From NCBI GenBank assembly GCA_050951545.1, contig JBMNJG010000007.1, positions 64,001-128,000 on the forward strand: a stretch of 64,000 nucleotides of DNA, given 5' to 3'. The notes beneath the pieces were generated by a model that was not told the DNA's origin, ran no database searches, and saw only the letters and a program-made list of their open reading frames with translations. This document shows positions 17,535 through 27,010 of this stretch, piece by piece; position 1 is the stretch's first letter; the number at the start of each line of letters is the position of its first letter. Position numbers and translations under genes: made by a program. This stretch comes from Limnochordia bacterium. Lineage in GTDB: Bacteria; Bacillota; Limnochordia; DTU080.

Positions 17535-18737
17535 ATGGCTGTACAAAGAAGATCCGCTGCAGAGTCTGTAGCTATGACTGGAAACGAAGCTGTGGCTGAC
17601 GCGTTGCGTCAGATCAATCCGGATGTCGTGGCCGCCTATCCTATCACGCCGGCGACCGAGATCGTGCAGATATTCTCTAGCTATGGCGCCGATGGCCGTG
17701 TGGACACTGAGATGGTGTTAGCAGAGAGTGAGCACTCGGCAATGAGTGCTACCATCGCTGCGTCAGCTGCAGGAGCTCGCGCCATGACGGCCACCTCGTC
17801 GCAGGGGCTTCAGCTCATGCATGAGATGCTCTATGTTGCCTCGGGGAGCAGGCAGCCTATCGTAATGCCTGTGGTCAACCGCGCGGTGTCTGCCCCGCTC
17901 AATATCCATTGTGACCACTCAGATACGATGGGCTCTCGTGATGCGGGTTGGATTCAGATCTACAGCGAGAATGCTCAAGAGGCCTACGATAACCTAGTCC
18001 AGGCTGTGCGCATTGCAGAGCACGCACAAGTGCAGCTGCCTTGCATGGTCATGATGGACGGATTTATCATCAGTCATGGCATGGAGAACGTCTTTACCCT
18101 GCCCGACGATGTGGTCAAGGAGTTCATCGGTTGCCGTAAGGCTCAGTACCCGCTTCTCGACGTAGATAATCCCGTGACCTTTGGTCCAGTCGACTTCACT
18201 GACTACTACTTCGAGCACAAGAGGCAGCAGTTCGAGGGGATGCTACAGGCCAAATCTGCGATCCTCGAGGTTGCTGCGGAGTTCGAGAAGATATCCGGGC
18301 ATAGCTACGGTCTGTTCGAAACCTACAGACTCGAAGATGCTGAGATGGCTATTGTCGTGCTTAGCTCGGCTGCCGGAACATCACGTTACGTGGTTGATAA
18401 GCTCCGCCGGAAGGGCGAAAAGGTTGGTCTGCTCAAGCTCCGTGTCTTCAGGCCGTTCCCAGCTGAAGAGCTGGCTGAGGCTCTGAAGGACGTGCCTGTG
18501 CTGGCTATTATGGACCGCACCGACAGCTTTACGGGGCAAGGTGGGCCTCTTTTTGCTGAGACCCGTTCGGCGCTCTACGATTTGGAGAAGCGTCCGAAGA
18601 TGGTCAACTACATCTACGGCCTAGGTGGCCGCGACGTGCGTGTAGAGAGCATCGAGTCTGTCTATCGGGATCTAGATATTATCCGCAGAACCGGTGTGGT
18701 TGGGCCCAGGGTCCGCCACCTGGATGTGCGCGAGTAG
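17535..18737 (+). CDS. porA: Pyruvate/2-oxoacid:ferredoxin oxidoreductase alpha subunit
   Basis: AAYPITP, ESEHSA, TATSSQGL, DGFIISH, YGLGGRD. Confidence 0.95.
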   Translation: MAVQRRSAAESVAMTGNEAVADALRQINPDVVAAYPITPATEIVQIFSSYGADGRVDTEMVLAESEHSAMSATIAASAAGARAMTATSSQGLQLMHEMLYVASGSRQPIVMPVVNRAVSAPLNIHCDHSDTMGSRDAGWIQIYSENAQEAYDNLVQAVRIAEHAQVQLPCMVMMDGFIISHGMENVFTLPDDVVKEFIGCRKAQYPLLDVDNPVTFGPVDFTDYYFEHKRQQFEGMLQAKSAILEVAAEFEKISGHSYGLFETYRLEDAEMAIVVLSSAAGTSRYVVDKLRRKGEKVGLLKLRVFRPFPAEELAEALKDVPVLAIMDRTDSFTGQGGPLFAETRSALYDLEKRPKMVNYIYGLGGRDVRVESIESVYRDLDIIRRTGVVGPRVRHLDVRE

Positions 18738-18750
18738 GAGGTAGCGGAAG

Positions 18751-19686
18751 ATGGTTGCACCACTTAAGGTACTGTCCACCCGCTCCGACCGCCTGACCAG
18801 CGGACATCGGGCCTGTCCGGGCTGCGGTTTTCCCATCGTGCTCAAGATGGTGCTCATGTCCACTGAGGATCCGGTCGTAGTGGCTAACGCAACAGGTTGT
18901 GCCGAAGTATGCACGAGCATTTTCCCGTACACGTCGTGGGATGTGCCCTGGATGCACAGCGCTTTTGAGAACGCTGCGGCTACGGCTAGTGGCCTCGAAG
19001 CGGCCTATCGGTCGCTGAAGCGCCAGGGGAAGATTGACTCGGAGCGTGACATCCGTTTTGTGGCTTTTGGCGGAGACGGTGGCACGTATGACATTGGTTT
19101 GCAGGCGCTCTCGGGTGCGATGGAGCGCGGTCATAATATGCTATATGTCTGTTATGACAACGGGGCGTACATGAACACGGGTATTCAGCGTTCGTCGGCG
19201 ACACCGGTGGGGGCGCACACGACAACCTCCCCTGCGGGCAAAGAGAGCACGGGCAAGCGCGAGGGTCGCAAGGACTTGGCCGCCATCATGGCTGCCCACG
19301 ATATTCCCTATGTTGCACAGGCGTCGATTCACAACCATCGCGACCTGATGCGTAAGGCCGAAAAAGGCCTGCATGTGGATGGTCCAGCGTTCCTCAACGT
19401 TCTGTCGCCGTGTCCTCTTGGTTGGGGCATTGACCCGTCAAAGGGCGTAGACTACTCTAGGCTCGCTGTAGAAAGCTGCTTCTGGCCGCTTTTTGAGGTG
19501 GAGAATGGTGAGTGGAAGCTCAGCTACAAACCGCGGAAAAAGCTGCCTGTAACTGACTTCATGAAGAACCAAGTCCGTTTCCGGCATCTGTTCAGAGGCC
19601 AAGACGACCTGCTGGAGGAGATCCAGGTTGGTGTCGATGAGCGCTGGCAGAAGCTCTTGAAGCGCTGCGGAGAGAGCGACGAGTAA
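18751..19686 (+). CDS. porB: Pyruvate/2-oxoacid:ferredoxin oxidoreductase beta subunit
   Basis: GHRACPGC, NATGC, GGDGGTYDIG..YDNGAYMNTGIQRS TPP motif. Confidence 0.95.
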   Translation: MVAPLKVLSTRSDRLTSGHRACPGCGFPIVLKMVLMSTEDPVVVANATGCAEVCTSIFPYTSWDVPWMHSAFENAAATASGLEAAYRSLKRQGKIDSERDIRFVAFGGDGGTYDIGLQALSGAMERGHNMLYVCYDNGAYMNTGIQRSSATPVGAHTTTSPAGKESTGKREGRKDLAAIMAAHDIPYVAQASIHNHRDLMRKAEKGLHVDGPAFLNVLSPCPLGWGIDPSKGVDYSRLAVESCFWPLFEVENGEWKLSYKPRKKLPVTDFMKNQVRFRHLFRGQDDLLEEIQVGVDERWQKLLKRCGESDE

Positions 19687-19695
19687 GAGACAGAA

Positions 19696-19733
19696 GAAAG
19701 TGAGCGGAGCCTCGCGGCACCGCTCACTTTTTT
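19696..19733. terminator. Intrinsic terminator, probably bidirectional
   Basis: AAAGTGAGCGG..CCGCTCACTTTTTT between convergent genes. Confidence 0.85.
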
Positions 19734-19734
19734 G

Positions 19735-21114
19735 TTATACCCAACCACATCTTCGCACGCAGAAGGTAATGGCAAAGGTGATCGCTACGGCGATGGCCAG
19801 CGGCAGCAGGGCCGCCAGAACAGTCCACCTGAGGCTCTTGGCTTCTTTGTGGATGGTAAGCAGCGTTGTAGCACACGGGTAATGCAGTAACGAGAAGAGC
19901 ATCACATTTAGCGCGGTCAGCCACGTCCAGCCGTGCTGGTCTACCAGTATTGCCTTCAAGGCCGTCAACCCGCTCACTTCGAGCAACGCCCCTTCCGCCA
20001 GATACCCCATCAACATGATGGGCATGACAATCTCATTGGCGGGTAGCCCCAGAATAAAAGCCACAAGAATCATGCCATCCATTCCCAGAGCCCTACCGAG
20101 GCCGTTCAGCGCAGCTGCAGAGTGGGCCAGAATGCTGGCATCGCCTATGTGTATGTTGGCGAGCATCCAGGTCAAGCCTCCAGCTGGGGCTGCGACAACC
20201 ACTGCGCGGTAGAGGACCGCCAGAGTGCGATCAAGCAAAGAGCGTATGATAACGCGGCCAGGCTGGGGTTTGCGGTAGGGCGGTAGCTCCAGGGTAAAGC
20301 GAGATGGCACTCCTCGTAGCAGGGTGCGCGAGAGCGCCCACGAGACGGCTAGGGTGGCCACGAAGCCGACCAGCACCATACCTACTACAGCTCCTGCGGC
20401 CAAAAGTGTTCCCTGCGCAGAGCCGCGACTGGCGGCCAGAAGTAGGGAAGCCATGGCAATGAGGGTAGGGAAGCGCCCATTGCACGGCACGAAGTTATTG
20501 GTCAAAATGGCAATAAGACGCTCTTTGGGCGACTCGATGATGCGAGCAGAGATGACTCCGGCCGCGTTGCAGCCGAAACCCATAGCCATCGTAAGGGCTT
20601 GCTTGCCGTGGGCGCCGACGCACCGAAACATGCGATCAAGGTTGAAGGCCACGCGTGGCAGATAGCCGATGTCCTCGAGAAGTGTGAACAGGGGAAAGAA
20701 GATGGCCATAGGCGGCAGCATTACTGAGATGACCCAGGCCAGACCTCTGTAGACCCCGAGAATGAGAAAACCATGCAACCACTCGGGGGCATGCGTGTTC
20801 CGAAAGAGAAAGGAAAGGCGCTCCTCCACGGCAAACAGGGCGCTGGCCAGGAACTGGGATGGGATGTTGGCCCCGACGATGGTCAGCCAGAAGACTGCGC
20901 CTAGAAGTAAGATCATTATGGGAAGTCCCCACAGCCGCGATGTCAGGACGTTGTCGATGCGTTGATCCCAGTCGATTCCCACTTTCTCGGTCTTCGTTGT
21001 CGCCAACTCAGCGAGTTCAGCCGCCTCCTCGTAGATACGGGTGAGAAGCTGCTCTCTCAGCTCAGAGGACCATCCGATTGTCTTTTGCGCAGGGGGCTGG
21101 CGGTTCTCGCTCAT
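19735..21114 (-). CDS. FeoB-like membrane domain protein (Gate/FeoB_C) without a GTPase domain
   Basis: LLEDIGYLPRVAF, MGFGCN, FVPCNGR, LELPPYR, PANE, YPCATT; no G1-G4 motifs. Confidence 0.88.
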   Translation of the reverse strand: MSENRQPPAQKTIGWSSELREQLLTRIYEEAAELAELATTKTEKVGIDWDQRIDNVLTSRLWGLPIMILLLGAVFWLTIVGANIPSQFLASALFAVEERLSFLFRNTHAPEWLHGFLILGVYRGLAWVISVMLPPMAIFFPLFTLLEDIGYLPRVAFNLDRMFRCVGAHGKQALTMAMGFGCNAAGVISARIIESPKERLIAILTNNFVPCNGRFPTLIAMASLLLAASRGSAQGTLLAAGAVVGMVLVGFVATLAVSWALSRTLLRGVPSRFTLELPPYRKPQPGRVIIRSLLDRTLAVLYRAVVVAAPAGGLTWMLANIHIGDASILAHSAAALNGLGRALGMDGMILVAFILGLPANEIVMPIMLMGYLAEGALLEVSGLTALKAILVDQHGWTWLTALNVMLFSLLHYPCATTLLTIHKEAKSLRWTVLAALLPLAIAVAITFAITFCVRRCGWV

Positions 21115-21267
21115 GCTGCATCCTCCATCGCCATGAGTAAAAGGCACGGTATGCTATGGTATGAAGGGAAATTGTGTTCCTGGCTTCATATGGCGGCTGA
21201 CAAGGTTTGGAACCCCTTTTGGAGAATAGCCAGCAGTGGAAACTCACAGGCAAGGGGGAAACAGTAG

Positions 21268-21756
21268 GTGCACAAGATCGTCGCCTATCGAGTTGAGCAT
21301 TTGCCCCGAATCTTGGAACTCACAGCAGAAGGCTTTCAAGGGGTAAGCATCGATCATATCGTGGAGCAACGCTTCGGCTTCATAGAGCCCGGGTGGCAAG
21401 AACGCAAACTGACGGATCTGCGAGCAGCCGCTGCCCGCGAGCCAGAGGGGATCTTTGTGGCCCTCAAGGAGGACGAGGTGATTGGATTCATTACGGTTAC
21501 CATCTCCCGTCAGAAATCCTTGGGGCGCATAGCGGATATGGTGGTGGATGCTCGTTACCGCAGGCAGGGCATTGGTTCGCGTCTCATTGAACGTGCCCTG
21601 CAATACATGAAAGAACAAGGTATGCGCTTGGCGAAGATCGAGACCCTCACCAACAATGAGGCGGGGCAAGCGGCCTATCCTAAGCACGGCTTTGTGGAAG
21701 TGGCTCGGCAGGTGCATTATATAATGCCGTTGCAGGATACGCCCGATACGAAATGA
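21268..21756 (+). CDS. GNAT family N-acetyltransferase
   Basis: VVDARYRRQGIGSRL acetyl-CoA motif; N..GQAAY..GF. Confidence 0.9.
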   Translation: MHKIVAYRVEHLPRILELTAEGFQGVSIDHIVEQRFGFIEPGWQERKLTDLRAAAAREPEGIFVALKEDEVIGFITVTISRQKSLGRIADMVVDARYRRQGIGSRLIERALQYMKEQGMRLAKIETLTNNEAGQAAYPKHGFVEVARQVHYIMPLQDTPDTK

Positions 21757-22634
21757 GGTCTGACATGGAGCTGCTGGCCAAGGGCGAACAACTCACACAG
21801 CTGCTGCGGACGATGGGCAGTGCTCTCGTCGCCTTCTCTGGGGGTGTCGATAGTTCGCTGCTCTTGCACTTCTGCTTCCAAGCTCTGGGAACGCAGTGCG
21901 CAGCGGCTACGCTCCACTCGCAGGTGCATTCGCCGGAGGAGTTGGCGTCTGCCAAGGAAATGGCCAAGGAGATGGGTGTCAGGCATCTTGTGGTGGAAAG
22001 CGATGAACTTGATGATCCGAAGTTCGTAGCCAACCGGGCTGATCGCTGTTACGTATGTAAGAAGAGGATCTTCGCCAAGTTGCTGGCCTTGGCCCAAGAG
22101 TCCGGCTATGCATGCGTACTCGATGGCTCCAATGCTGATGACAAAGCAGACTTTCGTCCTGGTGCCCTAGCCGCTAAAGAGCTGGGGATACGCAGCCCGC
22201 TGCAAGAGGTGGGTATGACGAAAGCGGAAATCCGCCAGTTAGCAGCCCAGGTGGGCCTGCCGAACTGGGACAGGCCCTCGGCGGCCTGTCTGGCTTCACG
22301 GCTTCCCTATGGCGAGCGCATTACCGCGGAGAAGTTGCTGCAGGTGGCCGAGGCCGAAAAGGAGCTTCGGATCTTAGGACTGCAGCAACTTCGGGTTCGC
22401 TACCATGGTTGCTTGGCCAGAATTGAGGTGCCCATCCATGATATGGGGCGTGTGATGGCCAGCAAAGAAGATGTCGTGAAAAGACTCCGCCGCATAGGCT
22501 TTACCTACGTCACCCTTGATCTTTCCGGCTATCGCACAGGCAGCATGAACGAGGCACTGAGCACTGAGGCTATGCAGGATGCGCTACTGCCTGGGTTCGA
22601 TAATGAAAATCGGCGTATCAAAGGCCATCTCTAA
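21753..22634 (+). CDS. larE: LarE-family ATP-dependent sulfur transferase
   Basis: AFSGGVDS PP-loop, RCYVCK, DGSNADD..RPG, SAACLASR, RVRYH, GYRTGSMN. Confidence 0.92.
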   Translation: MRSDMELLAKGEQLTQLLRTMGSALVAFSGGVDSSLLLHFCFQALGTQCAAATLHSQVHSPEELASAKEMAKEMGVRHLVVESDELDDPKFVANRADRCYVCKKRIFAKLLALAQESGYACVLDGSNADDKADFRPGALAAKELGIRSPLQEVGMTKAEIRQLAAQVGLPNWDRPSAACLASRLPYGERITAEKLLQVAEAEKELRILGLQQLRVRYHGCLARIEVPIHDMGRVMASKEDVVKRLRRIGFTYVTLDLSGYRTGSMNEALSTEAMQDALLPGFDNENRRIKGHL

Positions 22635-23885
22635 GCCACCAACCCGCAAAACAACCTCACCGTACACAGCCTGATGGTTGACGCTCTGGCGGGTCACTCG
22701 AAAGGTGTGGCGTTCGCCGGGACCCACACTCTGGCACGACCACCTGGCGCTACGAAAATCGCGGCTAGGTGCCGTAGCAGACCATAGATTGAAGGCTACG
22801 GCAGGTCCCGGTGAGATGACGTCGAGGCTGAAATCACTTGTGCTTTCGGTCACGTTCCACTGCACAGGGGCCAGCTTTGGTCCTCGGGTCTGGGCAATGA
22901 AGAATGCACCTAAGGTAGCCAGTACGCGCTCGTAGTTAGACAGGTCATGTCCGGCGTTGGGGTCGTTGTGAATCCATGTCTCGCCAGGTAGGTCATCGAT
23001 GTACAAGCTCGTGGCGTCTGTAGGCCAGTAGGGATCGTTGCTGCCGCGGATGATCAGCTTGGGCAGTGTGTAGCGGTCTCTATAGGCGTAGGGATCGACG
23101 ATATCAACCAATTGCCGACCTTGCTCTGTCGCTAGCATCGACTGCAGGCCTCGCTCTGTGTAGTCGTGAATCTGGAGGCTGTAGGAGCCAAAGCTTATCA
23201 CGTGGTGCTCCATCTGGGCGTGGAGATCAAGGTTGTCGTAGGCGATCGGAGCGATTGCTGAGATGCGAGCATCAACAGCAGCGGCCAACCATGTGGTCCA
23301 ACCGCGTTTGGATCCGCCAGTGACGACGAAATCATCGACGGTTAGGTGCAGATGTGAGCGACTGAACTCCGTGATGGCGTCCATAGCCCGCACCGCAGAT
23401 TTGGTCATAGGCAACAGGGCAAGCCAGGTGGGATCTTTCGTTTCCAGGAACTTGTCGAAGGTAAGGGCGATCAAGGCATCTTCTTTCAGATTACCAAAGA
23501 GCGGCTGATTGGGTACGTCAAACAGCACGGCTACAGGGGCGCGGGCCTTTTGGGCGAGCTGTGACATGAGGGGGATTTCCGTCTTGCCCGAGCCGCTGCC
23601 TGTAATGAACAGAAGAGCGGAATGGCCCTCCAACGCTCCGTCAGGAACCACGATGAAGAGACGGTGTTGCCAGAGGGTCTCTTTCCATATCTGAGATGTG
23701 AACGACAGCTGATAAAGCGTACCGCCAAACGGCGAAGGCGAACTGCCGAGTAACTGCCAACTGAAGCAAGGATCTGGGGCTGTGAAGTACGCGTCAAGAG
23801 CTCGCGCACTTCCGGATGTGCTGAACGTCAGCAGCATCAGTCCGACAAGGGGAATGAGCCAAGCGTGCCTTCGACGGGTGTGCAC
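22584..23885 (-). CDS. PqaA-type (PhoPQ-activated pathogenicity-related) secreted alpha/beta hydrolase
   Basis: Signal peptide; VPNQP, EDALIA, PMTKSAVRAMD, GGSKRGWTTW, VDPY, PNAGH. Confidence 0.88.
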   Translation of the reverse strand: MHTRRRHAWLIPLVGLMLLTFSTSGSARALDAYFTAPDPCFSWQLLGSSPSPFGGTLYQLSFTSQIWKETLWQHRLFIVVPDGALEGHSALLFITGSGSGKTEIPLMSQLAQKARAPVAVLFDVPNQPLFGNLKEDALIALTFDKFLETKDPTWLALLPMTKSAVRAMDAITEFSRSHLHLTVDDFVVTGGSKRGWTTWLAAAVDARISAIAPIAYDNLDLHAQMEHHVISFGSYSLQIHDYTERGLQSMLATEQGRQLVDIVDPYAYRDRYTLPKLIIRGSNDPYWPTDATSLYIDDLPGETWIHNDPNAGHDLSNYERVLATLGAFFIAQTRGPKLAPVQWNVTESTSDFSLDVISPGPAVAFNLWSATAPSRDFRSARWSCQSVGPGERHTFRVTRQSVNHQAVYGEVVLRVGGLEMAFDTPIFIIEPRQ

Positions 23886-24368
23886 AGTTCTCGCCTCCTT
23901 GAGTGCTTACTCTTCGTCGCTTTGCACGGCAACGGTGGCCTAACCACAGTAATAGTACTTGCTGTATCCACTCCTTCCTCTAGCAAGCGGCCAATATCAC
24001 ATAAAACTGAATGTATGAAGTAAACCTTTTGTTAACACCACCGGATAGTGTTGCTATCCAGCCTTTGCTCGGGCTAAAATGGCTCCAAAGGATGCTGGTT
24101 CGCCAATGCCATCTTCTGCTTTTCATGCTCAAACGGCTGTAACGCTCGTTTGAGAGGAACCTAGGCGTCCTTTCCAAATGGCAATCATCGCAGCAACGTA
24201 TGCACCCACTTTCATACAAGGACAAGCAGTTATGGTTTTCGAAGCGCCGCGGGGGATCGCTTTTACCAAGCTGAGCGGTCCTTCGTTGCGTTATGCGCCA
24301 GCCCCTTCCCCTTTTGCGCTTGACCTTGGGTTTTCTGTGCTATGATAGGCGGGAAGGGAGGGTTCTTG

Positions 24369-25283
24369 ATGGCTGCAACACGGCGTCAACTGGGTGCCGA
24401 TCCAGCCTTGAGTGTGCGCATGTTTATCACTATGCTGCTGCTTGCGGCGCTTTATGGTGCGTTTGTGTGGGTCCTGTGGGAAGTAGGGGCTAGCGCCATT
24501 ACGATCTTCGTCTTCGTCGCCTTGATGGCAGGAGTGCAGTACTTTTTTTCGGATCAGCTGGTGTTGTCTTCCATGCAGGCCCGTGTTGTAACACCGGCGC
24601 AAGAGCCCGAGCTGCACGCGACGCTGGAACGACTGTCTGCGATGGCAGACATGCCAACTCCACGTTTGGCCGTGATGGAGACCGATGTGCCGAATGCGTT
24701 TGCTACAGGGCGCAGTCCGAGGCACTCCGCGGTGGCTGTCACTCGGGGCTTGATGCGCCGCCTGAGCTCGGCTGAACTTGAGGCAGTCCTGGCCCACGAG
24801 TTGTCTCACATCAAGCATCGCGATGTCGCTGTAATGACTTTCGCTAGTTTTTTTGCCACCGTGGCCTCACTTATTGTGCAGAACATCTATTACATGCGTC
24901 GCTTCAGTCGGGTAGGGGGGCGGCGTGATGAGCGCTCGAGTCGGGGTGCAGCGGTGGTGCTTGTATGGCTGGCTGCCCTAGTGGTCTGGGTCATCAGCTA
25001 CTTTCTTATTCGGGCTCTGTCTCGTTACCGGGAGTTTGCTGCGGATCGCGGGGCCGCTGTCCTCACGGGTTCTCCTGCCAACCTGATGTCAGGGTTATTA
25101 GCGATTAGTGGGGCCATGGAGCGTATTCCTACCGAGGACATGCGCCAAATAGGAGGGCTGAACGCCTTTCTTATCGTGCCAGCATTGCGCCGGGAATCCC
25201 TCATGGAGCTTTTTTCCACGCATCCGTCATTGCAGCGGCGCTTAGCTCAGTTGCAGCGCATTGAGCAAGAGATGCATCACTAA
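24369..25283 (+). CDS. htpX: Zinc metalloprotease HtpX (M48)
   Basis: PNAFATGR, AHELSH, SRYREFAAD, FSTHP. Confidence 0.95.
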   Translation: MAATRRQLGADPALSVRMFITMLLLAALYGAFVWVLWEVGASAITIFVFVALMAGVQYFFSDQLVLSSMQARVVTPAQEPELHATLERLSAMADMPTPRLAVMETDVPNAFATGRSPRHSAVAVTRGLMRRLSSAELEAVLAHELSHIKHRDVAVMTFASFFATVASLIVQNIYYMRRFSRVGGRRDERSSRGAAVVLVWLAALVVWVISYFLIRALSRYREFAADRGAAVLTGSPANLMSGLLAISGAMERIPTEDMRQIGGLNAFLIVPALRRESLMELFSTHPSLQRRLAQLQRIEQEMHH

Positions 25284-25329
25284 CATCACTCGAGGCAGAC
25301 ACACATTCTCAAGCAGAGGCGTGGAGCTT

Positions 25330-25902
25330 ATGCGGTTTTTCGATTGGTTGTTCGGGCGGACGCGCTTGGCGCGACCGCAGACGGAGCCGCTTTTTCGGCT
25401 GATCACTGCGCAGGTGGATCTGCAGGCCACCTTGGGATGGGTCTGTGCTGATAGGGCCGCTCTCTGCCTCAAGCCTATGGCCACAGTGCAGTTCAAAGAG
25501 ACAGAGAAGGAACTGCATGACCTTCTGCGGCTGGTGGTCGAGGAAAGTAGCACACGGCTGCACGTAGAGCTCGATGCCTACGGCTACTTATGGCTTATCT
25601 TTACGGATGAGGATTTCGAGGATCTGGTAGGCGTCATTCATATCGCTGGACAGGAGTTGGGGGAAAAAGGCTACGGTGAGCAGATGCTGGCCGCTGTCTT
25701 CCGTTTCTCAGGCCCTGAGGTTCAAGCGCCGCACTATCTGATATACAGCTACAAACGAGGGGCCTTCTATCCCTTTATCCCCTTGCCAGGCAAAAAGCGG
25801 GCCCATGCTCAGGAGCTGCGGGCAGGCTCGCTGCTTTCGGAGTTCTTGCCATATGAGGCTGATTACTCTCGCTGGTATCCGCTATGGGATTGCCCTGCAT
25901 AG
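25330..25902 (+). CDS. PspA-associated protein PspAB-like
   Basis: FFDWLFGR, DAYGYLW, DFEDLV, GYGEQMLAAVF, YSYKRGAFYPF, RWYPLW; context htpX/pspA. Confidence 0.8.
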   Translation: MRFFDWLFGRTRLARPQTEPLFRLITAQVDLQATLGWVCADRAALCLKPMATVQFKETEKELHDLLRLVVEESSTRLHVELDAYGYLWLIFTDEDFEDLVGVIHIAGQELGEKGYGEQMLAAVFRFSGPEVQAPHYLIYSYKRGAFYPFIPLPGKKRAHAQELRAGSLLSEFLPYEADYSRWYPLWDCPA

Positions 25903-25908
25903 ACCTTA

Positions 25909-25931
25909 AGGCCGCCCGGTATGGGCGGCCT
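25909..25931. terminator. Hairpin between convergent psp genes
   Basis: AGGCCGCCC-N5-GGGCGGCCT. Confidence 0.7.
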
Positions 25932-25940
25932 CATATGTTC

Positions 25941-26219
25941 TTAGAACAGGTCTCGGGGATAGTCGGCGAACAGCTCCCGGGCTTCTTCCAGGCTAATATC
26001 CGGTGGCGGCAAGATCAGGTCGGATTCACACAGGCTGGTATCAGGGAGTCTGGTGCCCTCTGACCGGACGTGCGACAAGACATCTGCCAGGCTTTTTACG
26101 AAGGCTTCCGTGTCGCTTTTGGCGACGGCGTCGAGCACGAGATTATCCATGTCGTCAAGCTTGGTAAGCGCTTCCCCGCGCAGCTCGTACTGCCCCTCGG
26201 TCGATATGCGGATGATCAC
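25941..26219 (-). CDS. PspA-associated protein PspAA-like
   Basis: MIIRISTEGQY..SDLILPPPDISLEEA; overlaps the pspA stop. Confidence 0.85.
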   Translation of the reverse strand: MIIRISTEGQYELRGEALTKLDDMDNLVLDAVAKSDTEAFVKSLADVLSHVRSEGTRLPDTSLCESDLILPPPDISLEEARELFADYPRDLF

Positions 26220-26923
26220 GAGCCTGAGACCTCCTTCTTGAGTCTGGCCAGATCGTCTTCTACGGCTTGACCTGCGGAAATGCGAGCCAACTCCTTGCTC
26301 ACATCGTCTTGAGAGCCGACCTGAATACTATCGATGAGGCTACCAGTCTCCACGAGCTCGTCGATGGCTGCCGCTCGGGCGCGCATGCGCTCTGTCTTCT
26401 CTTGTGCACGCTCTACCGCTAAGCCGACATCAGCGATCTCCTCCGAGAGACCAGTGGCCGCTTCGCCTATCTTCACTTGGGCTTCAGCAGCCGAGTACTG
26501 TGCTTTGATAACCTCTTTCTGCGTGCGGAAAGCCTGTACCTTGGCCTGAAGGCGGGCTTCTGTTGCCGCTAGCTTATCCTGCTCTTTTTGCAGTTCCGCG
26601 ATCTGCTCCTGAAGGCCTTGTAGCTGCTGCAGTGTAAGGGCACGGCGCTCCAAGGCCAAACGGGCTAGGTCTTCACGCTCATGGGTGAGTGCCTCACGGG
26701 CCTGCTCTTCTAGCTTGGCAGCAGACTCCTTGAGCTTTGCGTCTTGCAGTTCAAGACGTTTCTTGGATGCCACAACCTCGGTCAGACCGCGCTTGACGTT
26801 ACGTAGCAGCTCCAGCTGTTTTTCATAGCTGTACTCAAGAGTCTCATGGGGATTTTCAAAACGATCCATGAGCCGACTCATCTTCGCTTTGAAAATTGTA
26901 GACATGCGCGAAAAGATACCCAT
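26216..26923 (-). CDS. pspA: PspA/IM30 family protein
   Basis: MGIFSRM amphipathic helix, ENPHETL, REDLARLALER, ARAAAIDEL; coiled coil. Confidence 0.93.
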   Translation of the reverse strand: MGIFSRMSTIFKAKMSRLMDRFENPHETLEYSYEKQLELLRNVKRGLTEVVASKKRLELQDAKLKESAAKLEEQAREALTHEREDLARLALERRALTLQQLQGLQEQIAELQKEQDKLAATEARLQAKVQAFRTQKEVIKAQYSAAEAQVKIGEAATGLSEEIADVGLAVERAQEKTERMRARAAAIDELVETGSLIDSIQVGSQDDVSKELARISAGQAVEDDLARLKKEVSGS

Positions 26924-27010
26924 GGTTGGTGCCCCCTTTCCCAAATAGCCGTTGTCGGATCTTATTATAGCACTGGAGCAGGAATATCGGTGCGCTTTTC
27001 CGGAAGGACT

